Positions 49,254-58,458 of a stretch of 64,000 nucleotides of DNA are shown here, one piece after another. The position numbers and the translations under genes are program-made. The notes beneath the pieces were generated by a model. It had not been told where the DNA came from and searched no databases. It was given only the letters and a program-made list of their open reading frames with translations. Each line of letters opens with the position of its first letter. Position 1 is the first letter of the stretch. The DNA is from an uncultured Candidatus Rokubacteria bacterium. Its GTDB lineage: Bacteria; Methylomirabilota; Methylomirabilia; Rokubacteriales; DASRDR01. The stretch lies in NCBI GenBank assembly GCA_963826115.1, contig CAWGVS010000012.1, forward strand, positions 736,001 to 800,000, given 5' to 3'.

Positions 49254-49680
49254 GTCGCGCTCCCGGGGGTGATCTCGCGCACCCTTGGAGTCGGTGTCAG
49301 CAGTCGTTCGCGGGCCTGGTGCCGGCGTCCGCACCGGCCCCCGCACGCAGTGCCGGCGGGGATCATCCCGGCAAGATGCATTCCATGGGCACCATATCCT
49401 GAAACCACCCGCCAATAAAGGGCACCCGGCCCGCCGCCGCCGGCGGGGGACCGGGCCGCTGCCGCCGCGGACGGCGGAGGGCCGTCGCATCCGGCGGCCG
49501 GGCGCGGGTGCTTCGTGGCATGCGGGCCCTGGGGGCCCGGGTTAGACTGCGCCCCGATGATGGCAGCCGGCGTGCGTCTGTCCGGGCGAGTGGCCGTGGG
49601 TCGAATGGCCCCGGGGCGGACCGCGGGACAATTTGTCGCCCCGCGCGCGAGGCGCGGCGCCCGTTGAGCGCGGCACCGAG

Positions 49681-50910
49681 GTGAGCGTCGGGCGGATCGC
49701 CGTGCTCGGCGCCGGCCTGACGGGCGCCGCGACCGCCCTCGAGCTCGCCCGGCAGGGCCGGGACGTCGACCTCTACGACGAGACCCCCCAGCCCGTCAGC
49801 CGGGCGAGCCAGAGCAACGAGGGGAAGATCCACCTGGGGCTCGTCTACGCCCACGATCCGTCGGCACGCTCCGCCCAGACGATGATCACGGGCGCCGTGC
49901 ACTTCCTCTGGTGCCTTCGCCGCTGGGTCGACCTCCCCCCGGACGACCTGCCGGTCTCGACGCCCTTCTACTACGCCGTGCACCAGGGGTCGATGGTCGA
50001 CGTCGAGACGCTCGAGGCCCACTATCACCGGTGCGCGCGGCTGTTCGCCGACGCATCCGCGGCAACGGGGCTCGCGTATCTCGGCGCGGACCGCGCGCTC
50101 CTCGCGGAGCGGTGCTCGCCTGGCGAGACGGCGCGGATCGTCTCCCGCGACCACTGCGTGGCCGCGTTCCGGACCTCCGAGCGGGCCGTCGATCCGCGGG
50201 CCATCGCGCAGCGGGTTCGGGAGGCGCTCGCCGCGTCGTCGCGCGTCCGGTTCCACGGCTCGACGGAGATCTGCGGGATCGCCTGGACCGACGACCGCCG
50301 CCTCCGCGTGGCGTGCCGCCACGAGGGCCACGACCGCGCCGAGACGTACGACCACGTGGTCAACGCGCTCTGGCAGGGGCGGCTCGCGATCGACGCGAGC
50401 CTCGGCCTCGCGCCCGCCCGGGAGTGGCTCTACCGGTACAAGATCGGCGGCTGGCTGCCGGGCGCTGCGGCGGCCGGCGCGGTGCCGTCCCTGACCTTCG
50501 TGCTCGGGCCGTTCGGGGACATCGTCGACTTCGGCGCGCGCGGGGTCTATTTCTCCTGGTATCCGACGGGCATGGTCGGCTCGTCCCGCGCGCTCCGGCC
50601 GCCGGACTGGGAGGCGTCGCTCGGGCTCGCGGACCGGCGCGCCATCCTCCGGCGGAGCTACGAGGCGGTCGCGGCGCGCTGCCCGGCGCTCCGCGCCCGC
50701 GGCTTCGCCGAGGCCCGTGTGGACCCCGTGGGCGGCGTCATCTTCGCCTGGGGCGCGACCGACATCCACGCGCCCGACAGCCGCCTCCACACGCGGCACG
50801 AGATCGGGATCCACTCGGTCGAGAGCTACCACTCGGTGAACACGGGCAAGTACACGATGGCCCCCTACCTCGGCTACAAGACCGCTGAGCGCATCCTCGG
50901 GCGCGCCTGA
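49681..50910 (+). CDS. FAD-dependent oxidoreductase (DAO-like)
   Basis: IAVLGAGLTG, ASQSNEGKIHLG, GKYTMAP. Confidence 0.82.
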   Translation: MSVGRIAVLGAGLTGAATALELARQGRDVDLYDETPQPVSRASQSNEGKIHLGLVYAHDPSARSAQTMITGAVHFLWCLRRWVDLPPDDLPVSTPFYYAVHQGSMVDVETLEAHYHRCARLFADASAATGLAYLGADRALLAERCSPGETARIVSRDHCVAAFRTSERAVDPRAIAQRVREALAASSRVRFHGSTEICGIAWTDDRRLRVACRHEGHDRAETYDHVVNALWQGRLAIDASLGLAPAREWLYRYKIGGWLPGAAAAGAVPSLTFVLGPFGDIVDFGARGVYFSWYPTGMVGSSRALRPPDWEASLGLADRRAILRRSYEAVAARCPALRARGFAEARVDPVGGVIFAWGATDIHAPDSRLHTRHEIGIHSVESYHSVNTGKYTMAPYLGYKTAERILGRA

Positions 50911-51079
50911 GAGCCGCCGAGGGGCGCACGCCGCGCGCGGTGGCCCCTGAGCCGAGTCCGCCGCGGATCGATTCGCGCCGACTTCTCGACCCCGGCATGC
51001 TAACGTGCCGCACGGACGGCCAGAGGCTCTGGAGCGGAGCGCGCGAACGACTGACACCCATGCGAGAAAGAAGGGGCCG

Positions 51080-51631
51080 ATGATGCGTCGCAGGGCGGTG
51101 ACATGGACACTCGCGATGACCTTCATCGCATTCGGCGTGACCACCCCCGCGCTGGGCCAGGCCTCGAAGGTCCAGGGAACCGTCACGGTGGGCAAGACCA
51201 AGGTGACCATCGCGAGCGCGATGGCGGTCGGCTACAAGGCGCCGAACGGGCAGCTGATCTCAGTCCTGCTGTCGGACAAGCCCGCCAACGCGAAGGAGTT
51301 CGCGACCGACACCCGCATCGGCCCCGGCGAGAGCTACGTGGCGGGCATCTTCGAAGGGGCCTGGAAGAGCCAGCACGGCGGCAAGCGATTCTCGGGGTTC
51401 ACGTTCACGATCGGGCCCAAGGGCACCTTGGTGACCGACGAGTTCCTCGTCGGCGGTCAGAACAACGCGTTCTCGATCGGGACCGATGAGTTCGTCCTCG
51501 AGCTCAAGTCGACCGCGCCGCGCCTCGTCGGCTCGATCAAGACGAAGAAGCCGGCCGTTGACATCGGGGGCGGGCGCACGGCCGGCCTGGATGCGACGTT
51601 CGACGTCGCGGTCGGAGCGCCGGGCAAGTAG
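51080..51631 (+). CDS. Secreted hypothetical protein
   Basis: Signal peptide (..PALG), beta-rich mature part, GC3-rich codons. Confidence 0.75.
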   Translation: MMRRRAVTWTLAMTFIAFGVTTPALGQASKVQGTVTVGKTKVTIASAMAVGYKAPNGQLISVLLSDKPANAKEFATDTRIGPGESYVAGIFEGAWKSQHGGKRFSGFTFTIGPKGTLVTDEFLVGGQNNAFSIGTDEFVLELKSTAPRLVGSIKTKKPAVDIGGGRTAGLDATFDVAVGAPGK

Positions 51632-51890
51632 CGGGCCGGGACTAGGCGCCCGGGGCGCAGAGCGCCTTCGCGACCCCACCGGAGCTGACCGGCAACGACG
51701 GCGGGGTCGCTCGGGCGGCCGAGCAACATGTGGCGCCGGGAGGCCGGACCGCGCAGCCCCGCCCACCGGACTCGGAAGCTGCTGCTCCCGGTGGGCCTGC
51801 CGCGACTCCCTGACTACCTCGAGCTGCCACCCCGGGTCGGAGTCGAGAGCGTGAAGCAACCCGACACTTGGGGTCTCGGGCGGTTCCCGT

Positions 51891-52472
51891 TCACCGCTTT
51901 CCGTAGTCCGTGAAAACGTAGTCCCGCGCCTTCACGATCGTGTGGCACCCGAGCCCGCACTTGGCGTCGTTCCCCTGCGGCGGCTCGTCGGCCGTGGTGA
52001 AGGGCGTGAACGTATCGGACGCGGCGACATACTTGAAGGCCGCCCATCCCCATCCGCCGCTGTCCGCGAACCGCTTGCTATCCTTCACCATGAAATCGAC
52101 GTCGTGCAGGGTTCCCGGCACCATCGTGGTGGGGAACGTCTCGTGCTTCTTCGGGTTCCAGTGGATCTTCGCCATCTTGGAGCCGTCGGGGAACGGCTTG
52201 CCGTTGCCGGGAATGCCGGACTGGTACGCCTTGATCATCACGGGATTGGCGAGGATCACGGACATCAGCTTCTCGTTCTGACTGATGGCGACCGTCTGCC
52301 AGCCTTCGTATCCCCTGAACTCGGAGAACGCGAGCCCATTCGGCACTCGCACGGTGTACTTGGCCTGACCGGCGTCCTGCGCGGAAATGGCCCGGCCGCC
52401 CAGGACGGCCAGCACTGCAACAGCTAGCGAGGCCACAACGATCACGCCCGCCGGGATCCGTCTGCTCTTCAT
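51891..52472 (-). CDS. Cytochrome P460-family protein
   Basis: Signal peptide, PFPDGSKMAK, FMVKDSKRF..SGGWGW, C-terminal CGLGCH and DYVFT. Confidence 0.88.
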   Translation of the reverse strand: MKSRRIPAGVIVVASLAVAVLAVLGGRAISAQDAGQAKYTVRVPNGLAFSEFRGYEGWQTVAISQNEKLMSVILANPVMIKAYQSGIPGNGKPFPDGSKMAKIHWNPKKHETFPTTMVPGTLHDVDFMVKDSKRFADSGGWGWAAFKYVAASDTFTPFTTADEPPQGNDAKCGLGCHTIVKARDYVFTDYGKR

Positions 52473-52910
52473 CGCCACTCCCCCTCGTTGCCTGCTGGTT
52501 GCCGGCTACCGCAAGGATCTGAACGATCGGACTGCGAAGTGCCGGCTCTTGTCGCCCTCCGGGAAGTTGATCAGGTTGCGAGAGGCGGGTCAACCTGGCC
52601 GGCCCCCGATGCTGGGGAAGCTGGCCGGGCCGCTCAGGATCAGCGTGTGCGATTTCTTTCCGATGGGGAGCGCGAAGCGCCGACCGCCCACGAAGCGGAG
52701 GTGACCCGTGGCCAAGTGAGGGGAAACGCGACCGAGCCGGAGCACCCGGAAACCGCGGACCTCTATTCGGCATTGCAGCGGGAGCGTGGGCGATTCGGTC
52801 GACGTGGTGCCGCGCCATGGTTCCCGCTGCGGCCGCGGCGCGGGCCGGGGGTGACGGGGGCGGGCGCCGGGACCGAGAAAGGTGCCTGGTGAGTCCTGCG
52901 CTCGCGCGGG

Positions 52911-53450
52911 CTAGTTGGAGATGATCGCCTCGACTCGCCGGTTCTTCGCCCGGCCGGCCGGGTCGTCCGACCCGTCTGGCTTCCGGTTCGGCACGACGGG
53001 CCGCGTCCCGCCGAACCCTTCGACCGAGATCCGATCGGGCTGCATCCCTTGCTTGGCGAGCTCCTTGGCGACCGCGTCCGCCCGGTTCTTCGACAGCGTG
53101 AGGTTATATGCGGGCGCGCCGACGTTGTCGGTGTGGCCCTCGAGCTTGATCTTGCGATTCGCGGCGCGGGGCTGGTTCAGGACCTTGGCCATCTGATCGA
53201 GCACCTGCTGCGCCGGCGCGTCGAGGTCGGCCCGGTCGAAGGCGAAGAACGTGTTCGGCATGGTGATGACGAGGCCGCGCGGGGTCTCCGTGATCTCGGG
53301 GCCGTCGATGCCGACGCCGGCCCCGCGGGTGACGCCCTGCCGGCGCAGCTCCCCGGCGAGCTCCTGGTTCGTGAAGGGCTTGGCCGCCGACGTGGCGCAG
53401 CCCGCGCCCAGGAGGATGACGCCCACCATGATCCAGCCGATCGGTCTCAT
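52911..53450 (-). CDS. OmpA-family lipoprotein
   Basis: Lipobox LGAGC; FAFDRADL, EGHTDNVG..YNLTLSKNRA, NRRVE. Confidence 0.92.
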   Translation of the reverse strand: MRPIGWIMVGVILLGAGCATSAAKPFTNQELAGELRRQGVTRGAGVGIDGPEITETPRGLVITMPNTFFAFDRADLDAPAQQVLDQMAKVLNQPRAANRKIKLEGHTDNVGAPAYNLTLSKNRADAVAKELAKQGMQPDRISVEGFGGTRPVVPNRKPDGSDDPAGRAKNRRVEAIISN

Positions 53451-53814
53451 ATGTCCCAGCCCTCCTCGCGGAGTCCAGCTCCATGCGCGGACGTGGCTCG
53501 CGGCGCCGTTCGGGTCGACGCCGGCCCGATCATAGGCGGGGGGGCGGCTGGGGCGCAACTTTTGTCGTCGCGCGGGCCCGCGCGGAGCGGCCTCGTGACG
53601 CCCCGGCTCGTCCTGGCCACGGCGGCTCCGGCAAGGTCCGCGCGTTCGCGCGCCTCCGGGCCGGCCTCGGGTACACGGTCCAGTCGATGGCCGACGCACT
53701 TCATCGGCACGCTCGTGGCGCACGCTCGTCGACTCGCCGCGGACTGTGCCCGTTCTGTGCTCCTTCTCGCCGGGAACGGCACCACCACGGGTTGCCGGGT
53801 TGCCGGCCGGCGGA

Positions 53815-53975
53815 CTCCCCAGTGTGAAGCACGGCCAGCTTCTTCACGCCCTCCACGAGGTCGGACCGCGCCACGATCGCGTGGCGCCGGTACACGCTCT
53901 CGGTCTTGTGCCCGGTGAGCTTCACCGCGGCCGACCGCGGGATCCGGTCCGCTCCAGGTTCGGGACCGACGCGGG
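53815..53975 (-). pseudogene. Tyrosine integrase C-terminal remnant
   Basis: NLERTG/[frameshift]/PRSAAVKLTGHKTESVYRRHAIV..DL.EGVKKL; the catalytic Tyr position reads His. Confidence 0.75.
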
Positions 53976-54036
53976 GCACCCCATTCCAGGCTGTCGACTG
54001 CCCCCGGAGCCCCTGCCCGGGCCGGGGGCCACTGGA

Positions 54037-55677
54037 CTAGCCGAACGGCAGCGCGGCCGCGCCGTTTTCCCGGCGGTCCCGTCCGAGCCGGTGAAGGTGC
54101 AGGATCTTGCCCGAGGACAGCGCCAGCGGCGGCGCCCGCTCGATGCCCAGGAATCCCGGGGTGCGCCACTGGTGTGCCATCACGCGCCCGGCCTCGGTGC
54201 CGCTACCGATGGCCGTGAGGAAAGCGTCGATGACCGCACCCGGCTCGACCGGGCCGACCGCGGGATCCACCCGGAGCTGCAGCCGGGCCCGACCATCGGC
54301 GTCCTCGTCCTCGATGAGCTGGTAGTGGACCGGGCCCCCGCCGAAGCGCGAGGGGAGGACCTCTTCCAGCACGCGGACCACGGCCGTGTCCTGGAACGTC
54401 ATGCCCCCCGCGGTGAGCTTGTCGTAGCCCCTGATGGACTCGACGTGGGTCGGCCAGCCCAGATCGTCCAGCGGGCAGCCACACGCCCGGCGCACGAGGT
54501 CGCCCCGGTCGCCGAGCGCCACGTTCAGGAGCGTCAGCGGAGCGGTCGGGCGAAGGGTGGTGAGGAGCAGGGCGTTGGGCGGCATCCCGTTGCGGGGTCC
54601 CTCCGGTCCGGCCTGGATCAGCGCGTGGAGATCGTGCAGGAGGTGCACGTCGTCGGGCGCCGCCGGCGACAGGCATCCGTGACCGATGGCGTCGGCCTCG
54701 GCGGTCCCGTAGATCGGGAAGGCCTGGCCCCCGGCCCGCCGCACGGCAGCCAGGCGCGCCGCCGTCACGGGCTCGCCGCCCACGGTGAACTGCGCTCCGC
54801 GGAGGTCCAGACCGGCGGCAAGGGCCGCGCCGCACAGAACGGCGGCGGAGCTGGTGAAGGTGAGCACGTGCGGGGTGGCGCCCGCTGCGAGGACGTCGCG
54901 GATCCAGCGGACGATTGGCCAGGGATCGGCGAGCGGCACGTGCTGCGGGGTGGGCAGCCGGCGCCCGGCCAGCCAGCCGCCCGCGCGAAGCACGCGGGCG
55001 CTCCAGCGGTACCGTGGATGCAGCCGCCCGTCGGCCATGTCGACCTGCGTGAACCAGCGCTCCGGCCCGTGGCCGAAAGCGGCGTACTCCAGCAGCCGGG
55101 CGATCGCCACGCCGCCGGGCACGTGCCAGCTCGCCTTGCGCCAGCTCGCGCCGCCGCGGGCCTCCATCGCCAGGCGCAGGTCCACGGCACAGTCCCGGAG
55201 GTACGCGAGATCGACCGGCACGATGGTTTCCACGCTGCGGCTGGCGCTGGTCTGGATGGTGAAGTGGCCCGCGGGGCCCGCGGCGCGAAGGTCGCCTGGT
55301 CGGAGGGCCACCACGCGGCCGCCCCGGACCAGCGGCGTCCGGCCCTTGAACTCGTCCGCGGAGAGGTAGACCCCGTGGCGAGCCAGCACGCGGAGCGTGG
55401 ACTCGACGCCCTCCCGCTGGACGAGCGCCGTGAGGTCGCCTTCGTCGCAGCCCGCCAGGTCGAGGAGCCGCCGATAGGGGCCCGGGGGCCGGGCACGGAG
55501 GAGCCGCCGGAGCAGCGCGAGGAGCGCGTCCTCGCGCCGCTCTAGGCGGTAACGGAGCGTAGCGTGCGCTTCCTCGGTCGAGACCGGGCGGCGGAGGTAC
55601 GCGGGCAGATCCCGGAGAAAGCGGACGCCGGACCGGAGATCCTCCCGCGACACCGCAGCGGCCAGGCGCGTCCACAT
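54037..55677 (-). CDS. Phenylacetate-CoA ligase/CapK-like protein
   Basis: VGGEP, YGTAE, LGDRG..CGCP, RFGGGPVHYQLIE, SGKILHLH; P-loop reads TSASRS. Confidence 0.7.
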   Translation of the reverse strand: MWTRLAAAVSREDLRSGVRFLRDLPAYLRRPVSTEEAHATLRYRLERREDALLALLRRLLRARPPGPYRRLLDLAGCDEGDLTALVQREGVESTLRVLARHGVYLSADEFKGRTPLVRGGRVVALRPGDLRAAGPAGHFTIQTSASRSVETIVPVDLAYLRDCAVDLRLAMEARGGASWRKASWHVPGGVAIARLLEYAAFGHGPERWFTQVDMADGRLHPRYRWSARVLRAGGWLAGRRLPTPQHVPLADPWPIVRWIRDVLAAGATPHVLTFTSSAAVLCGAALAAGLDLRGAQFTVGGEPVTAARLAAVRRAGGQAFPIYGTAEADAIGHGCLSPAAPDDVHLLHDLHALIQAGPEGPRNGMPPNALLLTTLRPTAPLTLLNVALGDRGDLVRRACGCPLDDLGWPTHVESIRGYDKLTAGGMTFQDTAVVRVLEEVLPSRFGGGPVHYQLIEDEDADGRARLQLRVDPAVGPVEPGAVIDAFLTAIGSGTEAGRVMAHQWRTPGFLGIERAPPLALSSGKILHLHRLGRDRRENGAAALPFG

Positions 55678-55829
55678 GAGCGGGGCTCCGGGTCGAGTCT
55701 ACTGTGTCGCCGGCGCATCCCCTCCGCTCCGGTCCGCCACGCCGGAGGTGCCGACGGTCGGGACCGGCGCGGCGCGAACGGTCGTCGGCCCGGAACCCTG
55801 GCGGCCCGGCGGGCCCGCTCGTCGCGGGC

Positions 55830-55975
55830 ATCGTGGCGAACTGGTGGCGGGGCTTCCCGGTCATCGGTGTGTCGTGCCTGGCCCCAATGCAGGCGATCCC
55901 CGGCGAGTTCTACGAAGCCGCCGCCGTCGACGGCGCCAGTCACTTCCGCCGGTTCTCGCACATCAGGCTGCCCGG
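55830..55975 (+). pseudogene. Carbohydrate ABC permease fragment (EAA loop)
   Basis: IVANWWRGFP...QAIPGEFYEAAAVDGASHFRRFSHIRLP without the rest of the gene. Confidence 0.7.
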
Positions 55976-55990
55976 CCGTCGCCACGTAGT

Positions 55991-56078
55991 TGGTGCCGGG
56001 AGGGGGAATCGAACCCCCACGGGCTTGCGCCCACCAGATTTTGAGTCTGGCGCGTCTGCCTAGTTCCGCCATCCCGGC
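55991..56078 (-). tRNA. trnL: tRNA-Leu(CAA)
   Basis: 88-nt cloverleaf GCCGGGA...CCAGA-CTCAAAA-TCTGG, long variable arm, ACCA end. Confidence 0.97.
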
Positions 56079-56089
56079 AAGTGCTCCCG

Positions 56090-56118
56090 AGTCTAGGGGT
56101 GGCCTCCCGGGGGGTCAA
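56090..56118 (-). promoter_or_regulatory. tRNA-Leu promoter
   Basis: TTGACC-17-TAGACT. Confidence 0.7.
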
Positions 56119-56189
56119 GAATTGGGCGACGGCGGACTGGTCGCCGGCGCGGAACCCCGCGTGGAAGCGGCCCGTTCGGGCCCCGCGCC

Positions 56190-56219
56190 TTGACAAGGGC
56201 GCGACGCGCACGGTACCGT
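56190..56219 (+). promoter_or_regulatory. tRNA-Ala promoter
   Basis: TTGACA-18-TACCGT. Confidence 0.55.
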
Positions 56220-56230
56220 CCATGGTCTAC

Positions 56231-56306
56231 GGGGCTGTAGCTCAGCTGGGAGAGCACGAGGCTGGCAGTCTCGGGGTCAGGGGTTCGATCCCCCTCAGCT
56301 CCACCA
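56231..56306 (+). tRNA. trnA: tRNA-Ala(GGC)
   Basis: 76 nt GGGGCTG...CGAGG-CTGGCAG-TCTCG...CAGCTCC-ACCA; G3.U70 pair. Confidence 0.97.
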
Positions 56307-56350
56307 TTCGAATCCGCGGGGTTGGGCACCGGTCCCACCCCGCGGATTCT
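56262..56350 (+). repeat. att direct repeat, left copy
   Basis: Runs from the anticodon loop CTGGCAG through CCA and the downstream hairpin; matches 58782-58869. Confidence 0.92.
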
Positions 56351-56356
56351 CTGTTT
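56310..56356 (+). terminator. Intrinsic terminator after tRNA-Ala
   Basis: GAATCCGCGGGG...CCCCGCGGATTC stem followed by TCTGTTT. Confidence 0.7.
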
Positions 56357-56379
56357 CGGGGTTCTGATTGCGCGGGGGT

Positions 56380-56730
56380 TGCGGATGGTTGCGCCATCCG
56401 TATGGCTTCGACGGCGTCGAGCCCGTCGACGGCGGCCTTGCTCGCCCCCGGGACGAGCTTCCCGTAGATGTCGACGGTCACCTTGATCGAGTGGTGGCCC
56501 GTCTGCTCCTTCATCTAGGCGAGGGACTCCCCGTTCTGGATGACCCGCGCGGCGAAGGTGTGCCGGAGGTCATGGAAGCGGATGCGCCGGAGACCCGCCT
56601 TGGTGAGCAGGCGGTGGAAGACGTGGCGCTCGAAGCCGGACTTCCAGATCGGCCCGCCATCCTGGTTGCAGAAGACCCACTCCGGGACCTGGCGCCAGCC
56701 CCTGGCGAGGGCCTCCTTCTCCCGCGCCAT
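56380..56730 (-). pseudogene. Tyrosine integrase remnant with internal TAG
   Basis: RIRFHDLRHTFA...GESLA*(56515-56517)MKEQTGHHSIKVTVDIYG; N-terminal part missing. Confidence 0.9.
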
Positions 56731-56756
56731 ATGCCTCGCCGGGCCGAGGACCCTCA

Positions 56757-56785
56757 TTGACTATGTGAGTACGTGGTCATATACT
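56757..56785 (+). promoter_or_regulatory. Island promoter with overlapping imperfect palindrome (ArsR operator candidate)
   Basis: TTGACT-17-TATACT; TGACTATGT-GAGT-ACGTGGTCA; AGGAGG SD follows. Confidence 0.7.
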
Positions 56786-56803
56786 ATCGGTAGGAGGATT
56801 TCA

Positions 56804-58114
56804 ATGATGACGACCGCGACCGGCACGAGGTTCCTCGTCCTGGACACGTTCCGCGCTGAGCGGGATGGCTGCCTGGCCTACCTCGTCGTGGACGAGGCGA
56901 GCCGCACCGCTCTGGCGATTGACCCGCGCCTGGATCAGGTCGACGAGATCCTCGGGACCCTGGCGACCCGCGAGGTCCGCCTGACCCATGTGCTCGATAC
57001 CCACACGCATGCCGACCACCTCTCGGGGGTGCGCCGCCTCGCCCAGCGGACCGGCGCCACCGTGCTCGCGCACACGGCCTCGAAGCTCAAGCAGCCGGCG
57101 CGGCGCATCACTGGCGGCGCGACCTTCGAGCTCGGCACGACGACGGTGACCATCTTGGACGCCCCGGGCCACACGCCCGACTCCCTCGCCATCCTCGTGG
57201 ACGGCCACCTGTTCACGGGCGACGCCCTCTTCGCCGGCGGCGCCGGCCGGACCGACTTCATGGGCGGGAGCGCCTCGGATCTCTTCGATACGCTTCGGGG
57301 CTTCGAGGCCCTCCCGGACGACACGGTGGTCCACCCCGGCCACGACTACGTCGGCCGTCCGGTGACCACGATCGGCGACGAGAAGACCGGGAATCCCCTC
57401 CTGCGCGAGCACGACCGCGGGGCCTTCGTGGCTCGCCTCTCCGGCAGGGCGGTGCCGCCGGCCAACATGGCCGCGATCCTCCGGCACAACCTCGGCGAGG
57501 TTGAGACGCCCACCATCGCGCCCCGGGAGCTGCACGCGCTTCGCGCGCAGACGTCGGAGCCGTCTGGGCCAGTGGTCCTCGACGTGCGAAGCGCGCTGGA
57601 GTTCGAGGGCGAACGGATCGAGGGCGCGCGTCTCCTTCCGCTGGATGAACTCGAAGGCCGACTCGACGAGATACCGGAGCAGGCCGAGGTCATCGTGGTG
57701 TGCCGCACGGGCGTGCGCGCGACGATCGCGGCCGAGGTGTTGGCTCGGGCGGGGCGCCGACCGCGCGTGCTCGAGGGGGGCATGATGGCCTGGCGTCGGG
57801 CCCGGCTCCCCGTGCGTGAGGGCCCGAAGCGCCTTCCCGTCGATCGCCAGGTGCAGCTGATCGCCGGGGGCATGGTACTCACCGGCCTCGCCCTCGGGAC
57901 GCTCGTCAATCCCTGGTTCCTGGGCATCTCGGCGTTCTTCGGTGCTGGGCTGACGTTCGCCGGGGCGACCGGTACCTGCGGCCTGGCGCTCCTCCTGCTG
58001 AGGATGCCGTGGAATCGGCCGCGGCCGGTCCCATCCGCCGGACCCGCGGCGGTCTGCGCCACGGGTGGCGGGACGACCGCCCCCTGTGCGGCGCCGACCG
58101 ATCCAAGGATCTGA
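56804..58114 (+). CDS. MBL-fold persulfide dioxygenase-rhodanese-DUF2892 fusion
   Basis: DTHTHADHLSG, PGHTPDS, FTGDALF, HPGHDY; rhodanese VVCRTGVRA; YgaP-like RQVQLIAG...GTCGLA...MPWN. Confidence 0.88.
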   Translation: MMTTATGTRFLVLDTFRAERDGCLAYLVVDEASRTALAIDPRLDQVDEILGTLATREVRLTHVLDTHTHADHLSGVRRLAQRTGATVLAHTASKLKQPARRITGGATFELGTTTVTILDAPGHTPDSLAILVDGHLFTGDALFAGGAGRTDFMGGSASDLFDTLRGFEALPDDTVVHPGHDYVGRPVTTIGDEKTGNPLLREHDRGAFVARLSGRAVPPANMAAILRHNLGEVETPTIAPRELHALRAQTSEPSGPVVLDVRSALEFEGERIEGARLLPLDELEGRLDEIPEQAEVIVVCRTGVRATIAAEVLARAGRRPRVLEGGMMAWRRARLPVREGPKRLPVDRQVQLIAGGMVLTGLALGTLVNPWFLGISAFFGAGLTFAGATGTCGLALLLLRMPWNRPRPVPSAGPAAVCATGGGTTAPCAAPTDPRI

Positions 58115-58116
58115 CC

Positions 58117-58458
58117 GTGCCCCGGAAGTCTGCCAAGGCGACGCTCTCGCGTGAGGCGCTCGAGATCCTCGCGCGGCGTTTTCGAGCGCTCGGCGACGCG
58201 ACACGTCTGGCGTTGCTCCAGGCCCTGTTCCGCCAGGAGCGCACGGTCCAGGAGCTGTGCGCGCTGGCCGATACGACCCAAGCCAATGCGAGCAAGCACT
58301 TGGCGCTGCTCTTCGAGCAGGGCCTCGTGGCGCGCCGGCGGGACGGCCTGTTCACTCGCTACCGGATCGCGGACCCCACGCTCGAGCAGCTCTGTCGTCT
58401 CGTGTGCGGATCGCTGGCCGAGCGACACGAGGTCATGCGCACGCACCTCGCGTCCTAG
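58117..58458 (+). CDS. ArsR/SmtB-family regulator
   Basis: FRALGDATRL, QANASKHL, GLVARRRDG, C-terminal LCRLVC. Confidence 0.92.
   Translation: MPRKSAKATLSREALEILARRFRALGDATRLALLQALFRQERTVQELCALADTTQANASKHLALLFEQGLVARRRDGLFTRYRIADPTLEQLCRLVCGSLAERHEVMRTHLAS

Noticed and set aside
51760-51850. Structured ncRNA between convergent genes
   Set aside because: GC hairpins are present but no recognisable family motif; expected by chance or as terminators.
52566-52595. FNR/CRP box upstream of cytochrome P460
   Set aside because: Only a TTGAT half-site; no ATCAA at the right spacing.
52800-52815. tRNA-Leu att duplicate (TGGTGCCG)
   Set aside because: Only 8 bp of identity, not significant at this GC content.
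56515-56517. TAG in the integrase as pyrrolysine or readthrough
   Set aside because: It falls where homologs usually have Tyr, and the gene is also truncated; simple decay.
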